64,000 nucleotides of DNA from the human T2T-CHM13v2.0 reference genome, Homo sapiens. The notes beneath the pieces are model-generated. The model was not told the origin of the DNA. It worked only from the letters and a program-made list of their open reading frames with translations, and did not search any database. Both the position numbers and the translations under genes were made by a program. The stretch lies in the NCBI RefSeq assembly GCF_009914755.1, contig NC_060928.1. The stretch is one strand, 5' to 3'. This document shows, piece after piece, positions 55,453 through 64,000 of this stretch; within the stretch, counting starts at the first letter, position 1, and each line of letters opens with the position of its first letter.

Positions 55453-58056
55453 TCAACAATTGGGAGACTAACTCTTCTCAAAGTCCTCAACAGTCATTAA
55501 TGCAACTGTAGTTTTAATAAGCAACAAAGAATGAAAATATAAAATCAGACTTGCAGGCTATGAGTCTTCTTGAAATTTTAAATTCACTTTTGAAACTTAT
55601 ATACTTTTGGAAAACTAGCAATTATTTAACAAAATAAGATATCATGAAATAGTCTTTGGGGTGTACAGATAAAAAGTCATTCAGATAACACAAGATGAAT
55701 CTCATATTCTGCAGATAAACTTCTATATAAATCATGTGATTCAGAAGAAAAATATATAATGACACATCATAGTGACATTTTTATCCTGAAGTTACCTCAA
55801 TTATTTATATTTTTAAAATGACAAATACACAAATATTTTAGATTATATTCATTTACATTTTCCTAAACTATCTTTAAGATATTTTTTCTTCTCTAAAAAT
55901 CTGGAATTTTTTTCTATTTTTATGCATATCAACATAACTTTTATAGTAAAACAACTCATTAGTTCTTTGTCAGATTCCTAAAAATCATATTTATTAAACA
56001 AAGAAGCCACCTATTTCATACCTATTGTTTTACTGATGATATCACTGAATATTGTTTTCAATGAAATATAAGGGTGAACAGAGGAATATTCAATTTAAAA
56101 CAACAGATTTCTATCCAAGTACATCCAAGTTTAGAAAGTACATTAAGCATGGGGAATACCACAGAAAAAATATTACCTCTCTATGAAAATTAATACCCTT
56201 TTAAATTGGAGCTAGCTCTTTTTGCAGACATACTCAATGATTGAGATTCTCTTTTTTATCTGTCATTAATATTCGATATATCAGAGCCTTGATAATGATA
56301 AACACCATCTACTCTGAAGAACCAACTGGAAACAACTGATTTAAACAGATTTCCTCGCCATGTGCCAGTGAATAATAGAGATCTTGGAAATTCCCTTAAA
56401 TCCAATACTGCAAGCAGTATTCTCTCCTACATTGCTTATTCTTCTACAACTGTTCTTTGGTGTTAAGTTAGTTAACTCATTTCCACTAAGGTAAGGTGTG
56501 ACAGTTAAGGGACTCTTACCATAATATTACTTAGTTGAAGTTTGTCAAGTCTTTACTCCTAGCTATTCAAGAGGTTTGGACTGAAAAAGATTGTCAGTCC
56601 TGATTAAAGATAAACTTAACTGTATTCAACAAAAAGAAATATATAATACAAACAGTAGATAGGAGATTGAACAAAGATAAAATCAAACTAATTTGCAAAT
56701 CCTTTTCTTCATCTCTATAATCTGGCTGAATAAAACTTAAATTATTACATATTCTGTCAGTTATTGGAATAAAAAATATATAACCATGGACTATGAAGAT
56801 ATGAAATGAAGGTGGGAAAAACAATAATATTCCTTAATAAAGCAGTAGTAATAATTAAACAAGAACATGCTTTGATAGAAGCTCATCTAATTATCATGTG
56901 CATGAGAAAATACAGCAGTAATTCAGAATCACTAGAAATAATGAAACTAAAACATTATATAAGGTTAGAGTTACAAATTACTCTTAGACATGAGCCTGTA
57001 TTAATACTATGGATATAGGTAAGCTATAAGTACTTAGACATACTTAAATAGAATACATTAGTGTAGTTAAATAAAACCTAAGTGCTTGTCATTATAAATT
57101 ATGAAGAGACATTTTTTAAACAGTTAGGTTAGCATGCCCTACCAAGCTATCATTTCATCATTGATCAAACTTCCTCAAAATTCTAACCACTCGATGTCAA
57201 ACTTAAAATAGAGGCAAAGAAGATGTCAGATTTTCTGTAAATAAGTCATTTAACAAAGTTGGCAAAATAATCCCAACACAGTATTATATCCTAATTACAT
57301 TTGCTATAATTATAAAGATATACAGTAAATAATTGATTTTAAAGAAGTACTCCCAAAACAAAAAAAACTGATACTTTTATATTAAAGTTTAAGGAGAGTC
57401 AGATATTCTGGAATTTGTTAAATAAGAATTGTTAAAATGTTTCTTGTAATAAATCATAATTAGAATCTAGAGACACACTCAGCGCTCTTTCCTACCTTAG
57501 GTTGCTTTTAAATGAAACACTGTTGTGATTCTTGATGCAATGGTTTACAAAAAGAAGGGTGGCAAAAATCTTTATCATTGTCAATGAAATAGTTAAATGT
57601 TCATACTGCAAATCTGAGTTACAGTGATCTTTAAAAGTCTGTGTCTTTATTTTAACCAATCCATTTCAAGATTTTTCTTCCCAAAAACATATGTGTGTGT
57701 ATATCTACATATGGTAAGTACTTGTTTTCTAGATGTTCATAGAATACAAACATGAACAACTATGTCCAATTTAGTTGAGCACATGATTTTTCTTTCTTTT
57801 TTTTTTTGTAGCACTTGAAGGGCTTTATTTTTTTTTCTTTTTCTTTTTTTTATTATACTTTAAGTTTTAGGGTACATGTGCACATTGTGCAGGTTAGTTA
57901 CATATGTATACATGTGCCATGCTGGTGCGCTGCACCCACTAACTCGTCATCTAGCATTAGGTATATCTCCCAATGCTATCCTTCCCCCCTCCCCCCACCC
58001 CACCACAGTCCCCAGAGTGTCATATTCCCCTTCCTGTGTCCATGTGATCTCATTGT

Positions 58057-61882
<3,826 letters not shown>

Positions 61883-61945
61883 CATGATGTTAGCTGGTGA
61901 TTTTGCTCGTTAGTTGATGCAGTTTCTTCCTAGTCTCGATGGTCT

Positions 61946-62962
61946 TTACATTTTGGCATGATTTTGCAGTGGCTGGTACTGGTTGTTCCTTTCCATGTTT
62001 AGCGCTTCCTTCAGGAGCTCTTTTAGGGCAGGCCTGGTGGTGACAAAATCTGTCAGCATTTGCTTGTCTGTAAAGTATTTTATTTCTCCTTCACTTATGA
62101 AGCTCAGTTTGGCCTGATATGAAATTCTGGGTTGAAAATTCTTTTCTTTAAGAATGTTGAATATTAGCCCCCACTCTCTTCTGGCTTGTAGGGTTTCTGC
62201 CGAGAGATCCGCTGTTAGTCTGATGGGCTTCCCTTTGAGGGTAACCCGACCTTTCTCTCTGGCTGCCCTTAACATTTTTTCCTTCATTTCAACTTTGGTG
62301 AATCTGACAATTATGTGTCTTGGAGTTGCTCTTCTCGAGGAGTATCTTTGTGGCGTTCTCTGTATTTCCTGAATCTGAACGTTGGCCTGCCTTGCTAGAT
62401 TGGGGAAGTTCTCCTGGATAATATCCTGCAGAGTGTTTTCCAACTTGGTTCCATTCTCCTCATCACTTTCAGGTACACCAATCAGACCTAGATTTGGTCT
62501 TTTCATATAGTCCCATATTTCTTGGAGGCTTTGCTCATTTCTTTTTATTCTTTTTTCTCTAAACTTCCCTTCTCGCTTCATTTCATTCATTTCATCTTCC
62601 ATCACTGATACCCTTTCTTCCAGTTGATCGCATCGGCTCCTGAGGCTTCTGCATTCCTCACATAGTTCTCGAGCCTTGGTTTTCAGCTCCATCAGCTCCT
62701 TTAAGCACTTCTCTGTATTGGTTATTCTAGTTATACATTCTTCTAAATTTTTTTCAAAGTTTTTAACTTCTTTGCCTTTGGTTTGAATGTCCTCCCGTAG
62801 CTCAGAGTAATTTGATCATCTGAAGCCTTCTTCTCTCAGCTCGTCAAAGTCATTCTCCATCCAGCTTTGTTCTGTTGCTGGTGAGGAACTGTGTTCCTTT
62901 GGAGGAGGAGAGATGCTCTGCGTTTTAGAGTTTCCAGTTTTTCTGTTCTGTTTTTTCCCCAT
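61946..62962 (-). pseudogene. L1 ORF1 with premature stop at codon 49
   Basis: 1017-nt frame from the ATG at 62962, with TGA at 62818-62816 (CGA>TGA). Confidence 0.92.
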
Positions 62963-63417
62963 CTTTGTGGTTTTATCTACTTTTGGTCTTTGATGATAGT
63001 GATGTACAGATGGGTTTTCAGTGTGGATGTCCTTTCTGTTTGTTAGTTTTCCTTCTAACAGACAGGACCCTCAGCTGCAGGTCTGTTGGAATACCCTGCT
63101 GTGTGAGGTGGCAGTGTGCCCCTGCTGGGGGATGCCTCCCAGTTAGACTTCTCGGGGGTCAGGGGTCAGGGACCCACTTGAGGAGGCAGTCTGCCCATTC
63201 TCAGATCTCCAGCTGCGTGCTGGGAGAACCACTGCTCTCTTCAAAGCTGTCAGACAGGGGCATTTAAGTCTGCAGAGGTTACTGCTGTCTTTTTGTTTGT
63301 CTGTGCCCTGCCCCCAGAGGTGGGGCCTACAGTGGCAGGCAGGCCTCCTTGAGCTGTGGTGGGCTCCACCCAGTTCGAGTTTCCAGGCTGCTTTGTTTAC
63401 CTAAGCAAGCCTGGGCA

Positions 63418-63633
63418 ATGGCGGGCGCCCCTCCCCCAGCCCTCCTGGGGCCTTGCAGTTTGATCTCAGACTGCTGTGCTAGCAATCAGCGAGATTCCGT
63501 GGGCGTAGGACCCTCCGAGCCAGGTGTGGGATATAGTCTCGTGGTGCGCTGCTTTTTAAGCCGGTCTGAAAAGTGCAATATTCGGGTGGGAGTGACCCGA
63601 TTTTCCAGGTGCGTCTGTCACCCGTTTCTTTGA
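63418..63633 (+). CDS. L1 ORF0 (antisense 71-aa ORF), open
   Basis: MAGAPPPALLGPCSLISDCCASNQRDSVGVGPSEPGVGYSLVVRCFLSRSEKCNIRVGVTRFSRCVCHPFL*. Expression unknown. Confidence 0.7.
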   Translation: MAGAPPPALLGPCSLISDCCASNQRDSVGVGPSEPGVGYSLVVRCFLSRSEKCNIRVGVTRFSRCVCHPFL

Positions 63634-64000
63634 CTCGGAAAGGGAACTCCCTGACCCCTTGTGCTTCCCAGGTGAGGCAATGCCTCGCCCTGCTTCGGCT
63701 CGCGCACGGTGCGCGCACCCACTGGCCTGCGCCCACTGTCTGGCACTCCCTAGTGAGATGCACCCGGTACCTCAGATGGAAATGCAGAAATCACCCATCT
63801 TCTGCGTCGCTCACGCTGGGAGCTGTAGACCGGAGCTGTTCCTATTCAGCCATCTTGGCTCCTCCCCATGATTTTTCTTTATAATAACAATTAACCTAAC
63901 ATAAACGAAGACTGGAACTCCTATCTCCTGTTTCCATGTTCAGTGCTTGTTTCAAGTATTCCAGTAAGAAAAAGTAAATTTGGAATTGATATGGTAAAAA

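Overview
This is primate (human-like) genomic DNA, AT-rich and repeat-rich. It carries the 3' part of MAPK10 (JNK3) on the minus strand: five coding exons (55221-55403, 51714-51838, 18816-18879, 16645-16722 and the terminal exon starting at 4829 or 4824) plus a multi-kb 3' UTR running toward the window start. The terminal exon has the known 5-nt tandem acceptor giving short (..SAQVQQ*) and long (..GPLGCCR*) C-termini, and the long stop is the known UGA-CUAG readthrough site. The introns hold a full-length inactivated L1PA2/3-type element with a short 3' transduction and an open ORF0, a solo LTR12C, nine Alus, older L1/L2/MIR/DNA-transposon relics and a retroposed 28S rRNA 3'-end fragment. I see no new gene system. 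The least-explained features are (i) a four-piece L1 ORF2 mosaic at 33.5 kb, one piece of which is identical to the L1 26 kb away, (ii) a candidate intronic poly(A) isoform after the penultimate exon, and (iii) an apparently disabled poly(A) signal in the sense-oriented LTR12C. Repeat subfamily names come from recalled consensus sequences and need RepeatMasker/Dfam confirmation.
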